From: an uncultured Chloroflexia bacterium | Lineage (GTDB): Bacteria; Chloroflexota; UBA6077; JACCZL01 | Assembly (NCBI GenBank): GCA_963765765.1 | Contig: CAVXYC010000019.1 | Span: forward strand, 64,001-128,000 | Reading direction: 5' to 3' | DNA: 64,000 bases | Shown: piece by piece, positions 1 to 8,705 of the stretch | Numbering within the stretch: the stretch's first letter is position 1 | Layout of the letters: the number at the start of each line of letters is the position of its first letter | Notes under the pieces: generated by a model | What the model was told of the DNA's origin: nothing | The model's input: the letters and a program-made list of their open reading frames with translations, nothing else | Database searches by the model: none | Translations under genes and position numbers: made by a program

Positions 1-201
1 AATCGCGTTGTGAGGCTCGACGCCCTCGCGCCAGACGAGCTTCGCTACGAGCGGGCCGAACTGCCGCGCCGCGATGGCGCCGAAGACCACGCCCATCAGC
101 ATGGTCGACTCTTTCAGGAATCCTCGCCGGCCGCCGTTGATGACGATCAAGACGAGCACCGTCGCCATCAGGAAATCGAGCGGCGGCAGTCCTTCCGGCA
201 T
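1..201 (-). CDS. CvpA family (colicin V production) membrane protein, runs off the window edge
   Basis: Manual translation from ATG at 201: MPEGLPPLDFLMATVLVLIVINGGRRGFLKESTMLMGVVFGAIAARQF. The D..hydrophobic..G.RRGF..E pattern is typical of CvpA. Purine-rich RBS upstream. Not in the ORF track. Confidence 0.7.
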   Translation of the reverse strand, partial: MPEGLPPLDFLMATVLVLIVINGGRRGFLKESTMLMGVVFGAIAARQFGPLVAKLVWREGVEPHNAI

Positions 202-330
202 CTTTCCCCCCGTGTTCAACGATCCTGAACGTTCTATTGATTCATCGGACAACAACGAAGGAACGTTCAGTTTTGGGCCCAATCAGCGGGCTCCTGTGAT
301 GGGGATGTCCCGCACCTGGGCCGATGAGAT

Positions 331-396
331 GCATCTCTAACTGTCCGGTCCGCGGTCGTCGACGCAGCATTGGACAGGTAGAGACGCCTGTCCCAC
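331..396. repeat. REP-like inverted pair (GGACAG..GAGAC..CTGTCC family)
   Basis: 372-396 GGACAGGTAGAGACGCCTGTCCCAC is a hairpin. 331-346 GCATCTCTAACTGTCC is a degenerate inverted copy. Same family as 52641-52714. Confidence 0.6.
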
Positions 397-421
397 CGTT
401 CACTCGTACAATTCGAGTGTC

Positions 422-994
422 ATGATTACCAGCTCCACGCGTCCAATGCTGCCCTGGATTCTTCGCGGGCTAACCATCGCGACGCTCGTTGGCGGACTCG
501 GGCTCTGGCTCGTTCAAGGCGAGGGGGCACAGCGCATCATTGAGTCACTGCCCGGGCGGGCGCCTCGTCCAGTGGAGGTAAATACGCCCGCGCCGGAATT
601 TCGATTGGCAAGCGTTGACGGCGGCTCGCTGTCCCTCTCAGAGCTACGTGGGAAGGTGGTCGTCCTGAATTTCTGGGCGACCTGGTGTGTGCCGTGCCGC
701 GCCGAGATGCCAGCATTGGAGCACGTTTATCAGATGCACCGCGACCGCGGGCTCGTTGTCGTTGGCGTTGATGTGCAGGAATCGGCTGAGAAAGTTCTCG
801 GCTTCCTGCCCGAGGTGAACGTGACATTTCCGATTGTGCTGGATAGCGACACCAAGCTCGCCACTCGATATCGGGCAACCGGCTTGCCGGCTACCTTTAT
901 TCTGGACCGTCAGGGCGTGGTACGGGACATCCGTCTGGGTCCGTACACGGAGGAGATGTTGTTGCCGCGGTTAGAGCCGTTGCTGACGAGTTAG
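422..994 (+). CDS. TlpA/ResA-like membrane-anchored thiol-disulfide oxidoreductase
   Basis: N-terminal TM helix, LNFWATWCVPCRAE (CxxC) and GLPATFILDR motifs. Confidence 0.9.
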   Translation: MITSSTRPMLPWILRGLTIATLVGGLGLWLVQGEGAQRIIESLPGRAPRPVEVNTPAPEFRLASVDGGSLSLSELRGKVVVLNFWATWCVPCRAEMPALEHVYQMHRDRGLVVVGVDVQESAEKVLGFLPEVNVTFPIVLDSDTKLATRYRATGLPATFILDRQGVVRDIRLGPYTEEMLLPRLEPLLTS

Positions 995-1045
995 GCGGAG
1001 CCTTGTGCGACAGATGAAGCTCAGGGAGGTGTGGGACGTCGAGTC

Positions 1046-2113
1046 CTAGCCTCGAGCCATCTCCGGCAGCGCGGCTCGCACGGTTGAGCGGATCGCGTTC
1101 CAATTCGGGGTAAGCACCTCCGCACCGTCGGGCAGGATGCTGGGTCTGGTCAGTCGCTCATCGATAACGGTGAGTTGAATGCTGTCTTCAGGGATCGAAC
1201 GAGCCGTGAATGCCAACGTGATCAGGTCGATGAGCGGCAAGTCGCTGGAGAACCCCCCGCAGCCGTCCAGCACAGAGGGAAGCACGGGTAAGCGCTGGAG
1301 CGTAACAAGCTGCGTGCGAAGTGCAGAGAGCACGAGCTGCTGGCGCCGCATTCGACCAAAATCACTATCGGTGTGCCGTGTCCGGGCGTATTGAAGTGCT
1401 CTCTCGCCGTCCATCCACTGGAAGCCCGGCTCGAATGTTACTTCCATTGTCCCGTAGCTTTCGTCTGGATATTCAGGATCCACTATTCGCGTAGGCACAT
1501 CGAGATACATCCCGCCCACAGCGTCAATCGCCGTGCGGAAACACTGGAAGTCGACAACCGCCCAGTGCGGCACACTGACGTGGAAGTTCTGCTCCACAAC
1601 CTGCTTAGCGCGGGCCACGCCACCGCCAGGACGTTCCTGCTCACCCGCGGAGAACGCCGTGTTGATCCTCTCCTGCCCCAGTCCCGGAATGTCAACGAGC
1701 AAGTCACGTGGAATCGAGACAACGGATGCCTTTTTGCTGGCAACGTCGACGGTTGCTAGAAGCATCGTGTCAGAGCGCGGTGGTTCGTCGCCGCGCCGAT
1801 CGACACCGAGCGCCAGGAAGCTCACCACGTCGCCTCTCGACCAGCGCGGCAGACGCGAGAGATCGAGGGGCGCCGACGGCGATGAGCCGTTCTCGTCCGG
1901 TGCTCGGCCGCTGGCGATGGATGGCAGGGTCGCGACTGTCGGCTCCAGGGTCGGGACGGGCTGCGGAGGCGCCGGGGACGGCTGGGGCGCACAGGCGCTC
2001 ACAATGCTAGCAACGAACACAAGCGCACGGATGGTAAACGCGTGGAATCGCCGCGTGCGCCCCCCTTTTTTTTGTGTGTTCACCCGGTGGCTCGTCGCTG
2101 CATGTGGATACAA
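1046..2113 (-). CDS. LCP (LytR-CpsA-Psr) family cell-wall polymer transferase, probable lipoprotein; start uncertain
   Basis: LGVD..RSDT, SIPRD, RIN.A, ALQYARTR..DSDFGRMRRQQ motifs; VSAC lipobox followed by a Pro-rich linker. Confidence 0.9.
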   Translation of the reverse strand: MYPHAATSHRVNTQKKGGRTRRFHAFTIRALVFVASIVSACAPQPSPAPPQPVPTLEPTVATLPSIASGRAPDENGSSPSAPLDLSRLPRWSRGDVVSFLALGVDRRGDEPPRSDTMLLATVDVASKKASVVSIPRDLLVDIPGLGQERINTAFSAGEQERPGGGVARAKQVVEQNFHVSVPHWAVVDFQCFRTAIDAVGGMYLDVPTRIVDPEYPDESYGTMEVTFEPGFQWMDGERALQYARTRHTDSDFGRMRRQQLVLSALRTQLVTLQRLPVLPSVLDGCGGFSSDLPLIDLITLAFTARSIPEDSIQLTVIDERLTRPSILPDGAEVLTPNWNAIRSTVRAALPEMARG

Positions 2114-2117
2114 CGAT

Positions 2118-2163
2118 ACACTGAACCGATATCAGGAATGACACCGAACGGATATCAGGAATG
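2118..2163. repeat. 23-bp tandem direct repeat in a divergent promoter region
   Basis: ACACTGAACCGATATCAGGAATG followed by ACACCGAACGGATATCAGGAATG (2 mismatches). Confidence 0.8.
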
Positions 2164-2351
2164 ATTCAAATATTGTCTGGCACATGTCCAACGGGACCGC
2201 CGACATCCCGTCGGCCCAGCCCTAAGGGCCGCCTAGCGGATGCCACTGCCATCGGATTTTGAATCTGCGACGCAGCACTGCAGCCGGGCCGCCAGGATGT
2301 CGGCGGTCCCATTGCGCCTGTGCACCACTGTAGGAGCTCCCTAATCCGCAC

Positions 2352-3872
2352 ATGATCGCGATTCACGTGCTGCCAAGCGGACCCGTACCGTGGCGAGATC
2401 ATTTGCTTGCCATCTCGGCGCTCCGATTCGAAGAGCGTCGAGTCACAGGAAGATTCAGCACGCTGGTACGGCCTGTTCGCCGACCGGGCAAGTACGCGCT
2501 GGAAGCGCTGAGCCGGGATGCCGCCGACTTTGACGACGCCCCAGCATTTGCCGCGATCGAGCCGGAGCTGCGTGCTTTCCTCTCGTCTAACGTCATTGTG
2601 GGATTTGGAATCAAAGTCACACTGGAGTTCCTGGCAGCGGAGCTGTCACGCATTAATGTCAGCGGCCTGGAAAACGATTGCCTGGAGCTGACCGACCTTG
2701 CCAGCGAGCGCGGGATCCACGTGCGGAAGCTCAGCTTGGGCGACATTGCCGCGGCGCTGCAATTGAGTGCAATCTCGCTCGGCAATCCGGATGCCACGGC
2801 ACGCCTGACTGCCCAGGTCGCGGCCCGCCTTCTGGAGCGGCCGGTTGGTAATGACGAGGGCGCGGCGCCGTCGACTCTTCCGGACCGTTGGGCTCTACTG
2901 GATCCGTCGCGTGTGCGAAGCGTTGCCGAAACACCGGGCGTCTATCTGTTTCGAGACCGCGCTGGCGAAGTGTTGTACGCAGGCTCCTCGGGCAATCTTC
3001 GCCGTCGGCTCGCCTCATATCAGTCTCGTCCACTCGAGCTGGAGCGGCGCCTGGAAGGATTGGCGGAGCGGGTCTGGGAGATCGAGACTCACCCATCAGA
3101 AGGCTACCTTGAGGCACTTATTGACGAGGCGCGATTCATCGGTGCGCATGCGCCTCCTTTCAATGTGCAACGTAAGGTCCGAATGCCGCGACGATTCTTG
3201 CGCGCCTCCACCGCTCCACCCGCGGGGATTCGCCCGGTGGATGGAGTCTTGGCGGATGGCGCCATCTACCTTGGACCCTTCGCGAGCGCGCGTCTCGCAG
3301 GTCAGGCACTCTCACTGGCGCGCGCGGTGTTTCCCGAGCTCGGACGCCAGAGGCGAGTGACGAGTGATGTAGTTGAGTCGAAGCGACGCCGATCGGTCGC
3401 GCAACGGGCGCACGAGCAGTTGACTCGCGCGCAGGCCGTCCGGGATGCACTGCGGCTACTGAGCGGCCAGCGGGAGCTTGCCCTGCAGCGAGTTGGGGAC
3501 CGGACAATCGCCGCGGCTCACGATGGGAATTTTCAGGAGGTTGAGCGGCTGCGTCAGCTCCGGGCCGCGATTGTGAGCTTCGAGATCACCCCGAGTCCGC
3601 TCCGTGACGGACCAGACTCGCGCTTTGCGGTCGCGATCCTGGATGCAGATTCGGCTCCGCGGCTGCTCTATCACCTGGCGTCCGGCAACATTCTGGAACG
3701 GCGTGAGCTGAGTGACCCCACTGAGCTCCACGAGCACATTGAGCGCTGGCGCACAGCGAGTCCGTGCGCCAAGTCCAACGCCCAGTCGTTCCCGCTGATC
3801 ATGCGCTGGCTCGCACTGCAGGGGAAGCGTTGTGAGGTGATCCAATTACCGCCGTGCGCGGCGGCCGGCTAA
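2352..3872 (+). CDS. DnaQ/DEDD-like domain (degenerate) fused to a UvrC/Cho-like GIY-YIG endonuclease
   Basis: N-half FSTLVRP..DAPAFAAI..LRAFL follows the DnaQ fold pattern. C-half PGVYLFRD..VLYAGSSGNLRRRLASY..LEALIDEARFI..PPFN..YLGPF is GIY-YIG/UvrC-like. Confidence 0.8.
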   Translation: MIAIHVLPSGPVPWRDHLLAISALRFEERRVTGRFSTLVRPVRRPGKYALEALSRDAADFDDAPAFAAIEPELRAFLSSNVIVGFGIKVTLEFLAAELSRINVSGLENDCLELTDLASERGIHVRKLSLGDIAAALQLSAISLGNPDATARLTAQVAARLLERPVGNDEGAAPSTLPDRWALLDPSRVRSVAETPGVYLFRDRAGEVLYAGSSGNLRRRLASYQSRPLELERRLEGLAERVWEIETHPSEGYLEALIDEARFIGAHAPPFNVQRKVRMPRRFLRASTAPPAGIRPVDGVLADGAIYLGPFASARLAGQALSLARAVFPELGRQRRVTSDVVESKRRRSVAQRAHEQLTRAQAVRDALRLLSGQRELALQRVGDRTIAAAHDGNFQEVERLRQLRAAIVSFEITPSPLRDGPDSRFAVAILDADSAPRLLYHLASGNILERRELSDPTELHEHIERWRTASPCAKSNAQSFPLIMRWLALQGKRCEVIQLPPCAAAG

Positions 3873-3941
3873 CGTTATCGGTGCAGCATGATGTATCTAC
3901 GGCGCGCTTCGCGCCGATCCCGCTCAGCAGTCAGGCGATTG

Positions 3942-4529
3942 CTACGCGGCTCCGCGGGAGCGGGCGGCGTCAAGCCGCGTCTGGAGCTCCGCGGCGTGCT
4001 CCTGTGAGACACCGGAGAGATTCGCTTGGACATTGGCAGCCCCGCCATCGATGGCCGCGCGCGCTAGGGCGATAGCCGTTGTCACATCGCTCCCTAACAT
4101 CGGGTTGGTGATGTCAGCAGCCCGATGACAGAGCTCCACTAACTCGGCTGCTTCTTCCGCCACTGCCAGCGGTGGCGCAGCCGCCGCCCAGGAAGCCTCG
4201 CGGATCGCTGCCGAGCGTGCCACTTTTTCATCATCGGTCGCGCGGGGCAAGCGATACGCCGCGCCCACGGCGGCGTATGCCTCGGCATCCGCTTCCACAG
4301 CTTGGTGGAAACGGGCGCGTGCAGCGTCGGCCTCGGCCAGGATCGCCTGGACGTCGCTCTCAACCAAGGCGAATTTCTCCCGCCCAACGGTGAAGCGACA
4401 AACCATGGCAAGTAGAGCCGCGCCCAACGCTCCGGACAAGGCCGCTGCCGCACCGCCGCCTGGCGTTGGATTGCCGCTGGCAAGCTCATCGGAGAATTGC
4501 GTCAGGGTCAGCTCATTCAGTCCAGCCAT
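3942..4529 (-). CDS. Formiminotetrahydrofolate cyclodeaminase / methenyl-THF cyclohydrolase (FTCD C-terminal domain)
   Basis: MAGLNELTLTQFSDELASGNPTPGGGAAAA..D.EAY..AYRLP..SDV..NV.ANL. GGAGG RBS before ATG 4529. The ORF track over-extends it antisense to the neighbouring gene. Confidence 0.85.
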   Translation of the reverse strand: MAGLNELTLTQFSDELASGNPTPGGGAAAALSGALGAALLAMVCRFTVGREKFALVESDVQAILAEADAARARFHQAVEADAEAYAAVGAAYRLPRATDDEKVARSAAIREASWAAAAPPLAVAEEAAELVELCHRAADITNPMLGSDVTTAIALARAAIDGGAANVQANLSGVSQEHAAELQTRLDAARSRGAA

Positions 4530-4580
4530 GGGGCCTCCGGTATCGTCGGGCTTCATGTGGGGTTCCGTATCATCACGTCG

Positions 4581-5498
4581 ATGCAGCTTATTGAGTGTGT
4601 TCCCAACTTTAGCGAAGGTCGCCGCTCCCATGTCATTCAGGCGATCCGAGCTGCCGCCGAGGAAGCAGGCGCTTGGGTGCTGGATCTGCATGCCGATGAA
4701 GCGCACAATCGCTCGGTGCTCACGTTTGCTGGCCCTGGCGAGGCCGTATTGGAGGCGGCGTTCCGCTGTGTGGAGCGCGCCGCGACGCTGATCGACATGC
4801 GACTCCATCGCGGTGAGCATCCACGGATCGGCGCAACGGACGTCGTGCCATTCGTGCCGCTGGGCGAAAGCACAATGGTGCAATGTGTTGAGCTGGCGCG
4901 AAGGCTCGGTGACAGAATCGGCAACGAGCTCGACATTCCCGTATACCTCTATGCCGAGGCTGCCACTCGGGAGGAACGTCGTTGGCTGCCGAGCATCCGT
5001 CAAGGCGAGTACGAGGGACTGGACAGGGAGATCGATTCTCTGACCGAACGTACTCCGGACTTCGGTCCTCGTCGCATAGGACCGGCCGGGGCGACGGTAG
5101 TTGGCGCCCGGCCGTTTCTCGTCGCCTACAACGTAAATCTGCTCACCCCGGATGTCTCGATTGCACAGCAAATCGCCCGACAGATCCGGCAATCGAGTGG
5201 CGGGTTTTCGGCTGTTCAAGCACGCGCCATGCGAACCGCTGATCCAGGCATCGTGCAGGTGTCGATGAACTTGCTCGACATCAGCGCGACTCCCGCGCAC
5301 GTTGTCTTCGCGGCGATTAACGAGCTTGCTTCGGAATCGGGCATCGACGTGGCCGGGGCTGAGCTCGTGGGCCTCATGCCTATGAGCATGGCCACAAGTG
5401 CGGCGGCTGGCGCGCTTGGCCTTCCTGACCTTCAGCCGCCCCATTCCGTTGAGTACCGGCTGCTGGAGGCGCTGCTCGCTCAAAGGCCCCGAACGTAG
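4581..5498 (+). CDS. ftcD: Glutamate formiminotransferase
   Basis: LIECVPNFSEGR, D..HNRSV, IDMR.H.GEHPRIGATDVVPFVP, GARPFLVAYNVNL, QVSMNL, ELVGL. Confidence 0.92.
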   Translation: MQLIECVPNFSEGRRSHVIQAIRAAAEEAGAWVLDLHADEAHNRSVLTFAGPGEAVLEAAFRCVERAATLIDMRLHRGEHPRIGATDVVPFVPLGESTMVQCVELARRLGDRIGNELDIPVYLYAEAATREERRWLPSIRQGEYEGLDREIDSLTERTPDFGPRRIGPAGATVVGARPFLVAYNVNLLTPDVSIAQQIARQIRQSSGGFSAVQARAMRTADPGIVQVSMNLLDISATPAHVVFAAINELASESGIDVAGAELVGLMPMSMATSAAAGALGLPDLQPPHSVEYRLLEALLAQRPRT

Positions 5499-5667
5499 AT
5501 GATTCTCTTAAGCGTTCGCCGGCTCTGCCTCCAGACCCATATGCAATCGCAATGATCAGCTCACCGCGCTACGAGGGCCAAGAGTGTTCCAAATGCGAGA
5601 TCGAAGGTTTGGGATTTCTACATAACTCCACGAGGGCACGTCGCTCGCAGATAGCGCTTCGCGCCCG

Positions 5668-7233
5668 TCAACTGTCTCTCGATGGTCTCGGAGCGTCAGG
5701 CACATACAGCCAGTACAGGTCCACCCGTTTCGAGAAGACGTAGTAGTCCGCGATCGCACGCCGTACTGATTCCGGCCATTTGGGCTGGCCGTTGATGTAG
5801 CGCGTCTGGCGGACGTCGCCGCGGAGGACCACGAGTCCGTACTCGCGCTGACGGATACGCTGAATGAGATCGGTGTCATCGTAACGGCCAGCTGTCTGCA
5901 ACATGCTCAGATGGAACACGTCCGACACTACCAGCGGCACTCCAGCCAGCAGCGCCATGGTTGGCTCTTCCGTGAGCACAGAGCCCGCGGCGGCGATCTC
6001 CGCGATCGGCTGCCGACGATCCGTATCCACGCCGCCGTCCTTCCGCCAGGATCTGAACGTTTCATTGCCCCAGGCGACGCTCGCGATCAACACGAGTGCC
6101 GAAGCCGCCAGAAATCTGAGGTCACCTCGATTCGCGCGATTCCAGATCGCGGCGAATCCGTGGGCGCCCAGCCAGCAGGTGGCCGCTGCAGGCTCGATGA
6201 GATAGTTCACGTCGCCGCCTCGCCCCCGAAGGCTATAGAGACCGACGGCGAGCGCCACGAGCCAGTAGATGCCGCTCAGCTCCAGTCGATGTGTCCGCAT
6301 CTGAACTCCCAGTCCGATCAACGCCGCGCCGAAGGGCACCCAGGCAAGTCGCGGAAGCTGGAGGAAGACGGACACGGCATGCTCCACCGTGAGGAGCGGA
6401 TTCATGTGCGCAACAACGGTGTGGTCGAACGCCTCGCCGCTCGAGAGGACCAACGTCACCGCGGCTCCGAGGGCCAGCGTGCCGAGCGTTGCCGCACTGA
6501 AACGAAGGCCGTCGCCGAAGCGACGCTGACTGATCAGCCAGAGAGCGATCGAAACGGGCATTGCAACGGCGGTTAGCTTCATGAGCATGGCAAGACCTGC
6601 CAGGACTCCTGCGATCCAGAGGCATCGACGGCCCCGTAGCGCTTGCCAACCCGCCAGAAGGCTCAGAAAGATCGCTGGTAGGTCAGGACGGACGGAGAAT
6701 CCCCAATGATCCAGCAGTGGGATTGACAGAAATAAAGCGCTGGCCGTCAGAGCGGCCAAAAGCCCCACGCCTTCCTTGCGACTGACGTGGCCGATCGTTA
6801 ACGCAGAGCCAATCGCTGTGGCCAACGTCAGCGCGCGAACCGCGACGGTGGTCTCATACGCTCCCATGCTGAGCACGCCGGACAGCGTCGCTCCTAGTAC
6901 ATAGAGCGCCGGCGGATACGGTGTGAGGACCAGGGGATACGAGAGGAACTCCGGGTAGAGCGGCTCGCCGGCGCGCAGGCGAAGAATGGCCGCGACGTGG
7001 GCTCCCTCCGGATACGTGATCGGTGTCGTGGTTACGAGGGACGTGAGGGCGAAATAGAGGAACGTGGCCGTCAGGAGCACGCCGATGCCAAGCACGACAA
7101 GGCTCAAAGCGACCGCCATGGGACGCCAGTGGGAGACCGTGGACGACGTGCTCGACCGAGCTTCGGTGTGGATCACATTGCTGGTCCGTGACCGGACATA
7201 ACCGGCGGAGTCCGCTGTATACTCGTGCTCCAC
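5668..7233 (-). CDS. Polytopic membrane protein, GT-C / PMT-like glycosyltransferase
   Basis: Many TM helices; YPEG, YPPALY, RPD and K.T motifs characteristic of GT-C fold proteins. Start may be ATG near 7119. Confidence 0.6.
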   Translation of the reverse strand: MEHEYTADSAGYVRSRTSNVIHTEARSSTSSTVSHWRPMAVALSLVVLGIGVLLTATFLYFALTSLVTTTPITYPEGAHVAAILRLRAGEPLYPEFLSYPLVLTPYPPALYVLGATLSGVLSMGAYETTVAVRALTLATAIGSALTIGHVSRKEGVGLLAALTASALFLSIPLLDHWGFSVRPDLPAIFLSLLAGWQALRGRRCLWIAGVLAGLAMLMKLTAVAMPVSIALWLISQRRFGDGLRFSAATLGTLALGAAVTLVLSSGEAFDHTVVAHMNPLLTVEHAVSVFLQLPRLAWVPFGAALIGLGVQMRTHRLELSGIYWLVALAVGLYSLRGRGGDVNYLIEPAAATCWLGAHGFAAIWNRANRGDLRFLAASALVLIASVAWGNETFRSWRKDGGVDTDRRQPIAEIAAAGSVLTEEPTMALLAGVPLVVSDVFHLSMLQTAGRYDDTDLIQRIRQREYGLVVLRGDVRQTRYINGQPKWPESVRRAIADYYVFSKRVDLYWLYVPDAPRPSRDS

Positions 7234-7343
7234 ATCGGAGAGGCCGCTACTAATGTGCGGACTCTACCGAGTGAAACCGAGTAATCCCGCCACTGACCAT
7301 CCCCGGTGACAGGGCCCATCGACAATCTCCGAGCAAGAGCGGG

Positions 7344-8561
7344 ATGTCCTCTCCAGCACACGTCATGAGCGCACCACGATCCCGGATACTGTTGCTTCGA
7401 GCGGTGCTGGTAATCCTCGCCCTGGCCCTCCCGCTGGTTGGCCTGGAGCTGGCGATGCGCATGTATGGCCCGTTCCTGCCGGGAAGCTACGCGGCCAATC
7501 TGTACAGCGGACCTCACCCTCTCTATGGCTTTGCGCGCATCCCGGGAACTGTGGGATGGGTGAAGACGGCCGAGTACATGGCACCCTTCGCTATTAACTC
7601 CCACGGACTTCGTGAGCGGGAGATTCCCTATGAGAGTCCGTCCGACCTGAAGCGCGTGCTCATCATCGGAGACTCCTTCGTGGAGGGCATCCAGGTGCGT
7701 CCGGAGCAGACGGCGTCGCGCGTGCTGGAAACGATGCTGCAATCGCGATTTTCTGCCCCAACGCAGGTCGTCAACGCCGGCAATGGTGGCTGGAGCACGG
7801 CGCAGGAATTTGAGTTTCTTCGCCATGAGGGATTGGAATACAAGCCTGATCTGGTGGTGCTGGTGTTTTACACCGGGAACGATGTCTCCGATAACAGCTT
7901 TCGCCTGAAGGGCAACGTCCGCAACCTACGTAAGCCGTATTATGCGATGCGCGACGGGCGGTTGGAGCAGCAACGCTGGACGCCGCGACGTGCAGACCAG
8001 AGCTCAACGCAGGGCGCCTGGAGCAGTCTATATCTCTGGAGTATGTTTCAGAGTGGAGTTCTTGCCCACGTTCGTCCCGGGGCGAACACGACCGATGTTG
8101 ATGACGACGAGGCCCTTCAGTTCGACCAGCTTCTGGACACCGAGATCCGTGTCTTTGCAACCAACCCGAGGTCTGAGTGGCGCGATGCGTGGGACGTTAC
8201 TGAGGCACTTTTCGTGGCCGCTCGCGACGCGGCGCAGGCGGCGAATGCTCGGTTCCTGCTAGTAAATGCGCCAACCGTCTGGCAGATATACCCGGACCAA
8301 TGGGAAGCATTCCGCGCGACCCATGGCCTCACTGGCGACGGTTGGGACATGGACGTGGCTCGCCGGCGCCTGGCCGAGCTCTCGGCGCGTCAGGGCATTG
8401 AGTACCTGGATCTCGCGCCGAGCTTGCTGGCTGCTACCGCCTCGGAGCCTGCGCTCTATTTTTCTCGAGATCTGCACTGGACCCCGGCCGGACACCGCGT
8501 GGTTGCACAGGCAATGGCTGAGCGGATCGAAGAGCGGTTCGCGGTGGCGCTGGAGCATTGA
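7344..8561 (+). CDS. SGNH/GDSL hydrolase, AlgX/AlgJ-like, membrane anchored
   Basis: INSHGLR, IGDSFVEG, NAGNGGW, GND and D.HW...GH blocks; N-terminal TM helix. Confidence 0.85.
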   Translation: MSSPAHVMSAPRSRILLLRAVLVILALALPLVGLELAMRMYGPFLPGSYAANLYSGPHPLYGFARIPGTVGWVKTAEYMAPFAINSHGLREREIPYESPSDLKRVLIIGDSFVEGIQVRPEQTASRVLETMLQSRFSAPTQVVNAGNGGWSTAQEFEFLRHEGLEYKPDLVVLVFYTGNDVSDNSFRLKGNVRNLRKPYYAMRDGRLEQQRWTPRRADQSSTQGAWSSLYLWSMFQSGVLAHVRPGANTTDVDDDEALQFDQLLDTEIRVFATNPRSEWRDAWDVTEALFVAARDAAQAANARFLLVNAPTVWQIYPDQWEAFRATHGLTGDGWDMDVARRRLAELSARQGIEYLDLAPSLLAATASEPALYFSRDLHWTPAGHRVVAQAMAERIEERFAVALEH

Positions 8562-8587
8562 GTTGAGCGAGCGCTCCCTAGCCGCTG

Positions 8588-8687
8588 GCTCCCTCTCCCG
8601 CTGGGAGAGGGTTGGGGTGAGGGGCTGGAGACCGGGGATATCCCGCTCCAGCCCTCACCCCAACCTTCTCCCAGCGGGAGAGGGAGC
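8588..8687. repeat. Long palindromic REP-like element (CCCTCACCCCAACC(C/T)TCTCCC..GGGAGAGGG family)
   Basis: Near-perfect inverted arms of about 43 bp, each with an internal CCTCTCCC-N3-GGGAGAGG hairpin. Partial copy at 38942-38973. Confidence 0.85.
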
Positions 8688-8705
8688 TGTCTCGGGGCCT
8701 GGATC

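Noticed and set aside
4530-5483. 513-aa minus-strand ORF as a fusion protein
   Set aside because: The N-terminal 318 aa are antisense to ftcD; the real start is ATG 4529 with a GGAGG RBS.
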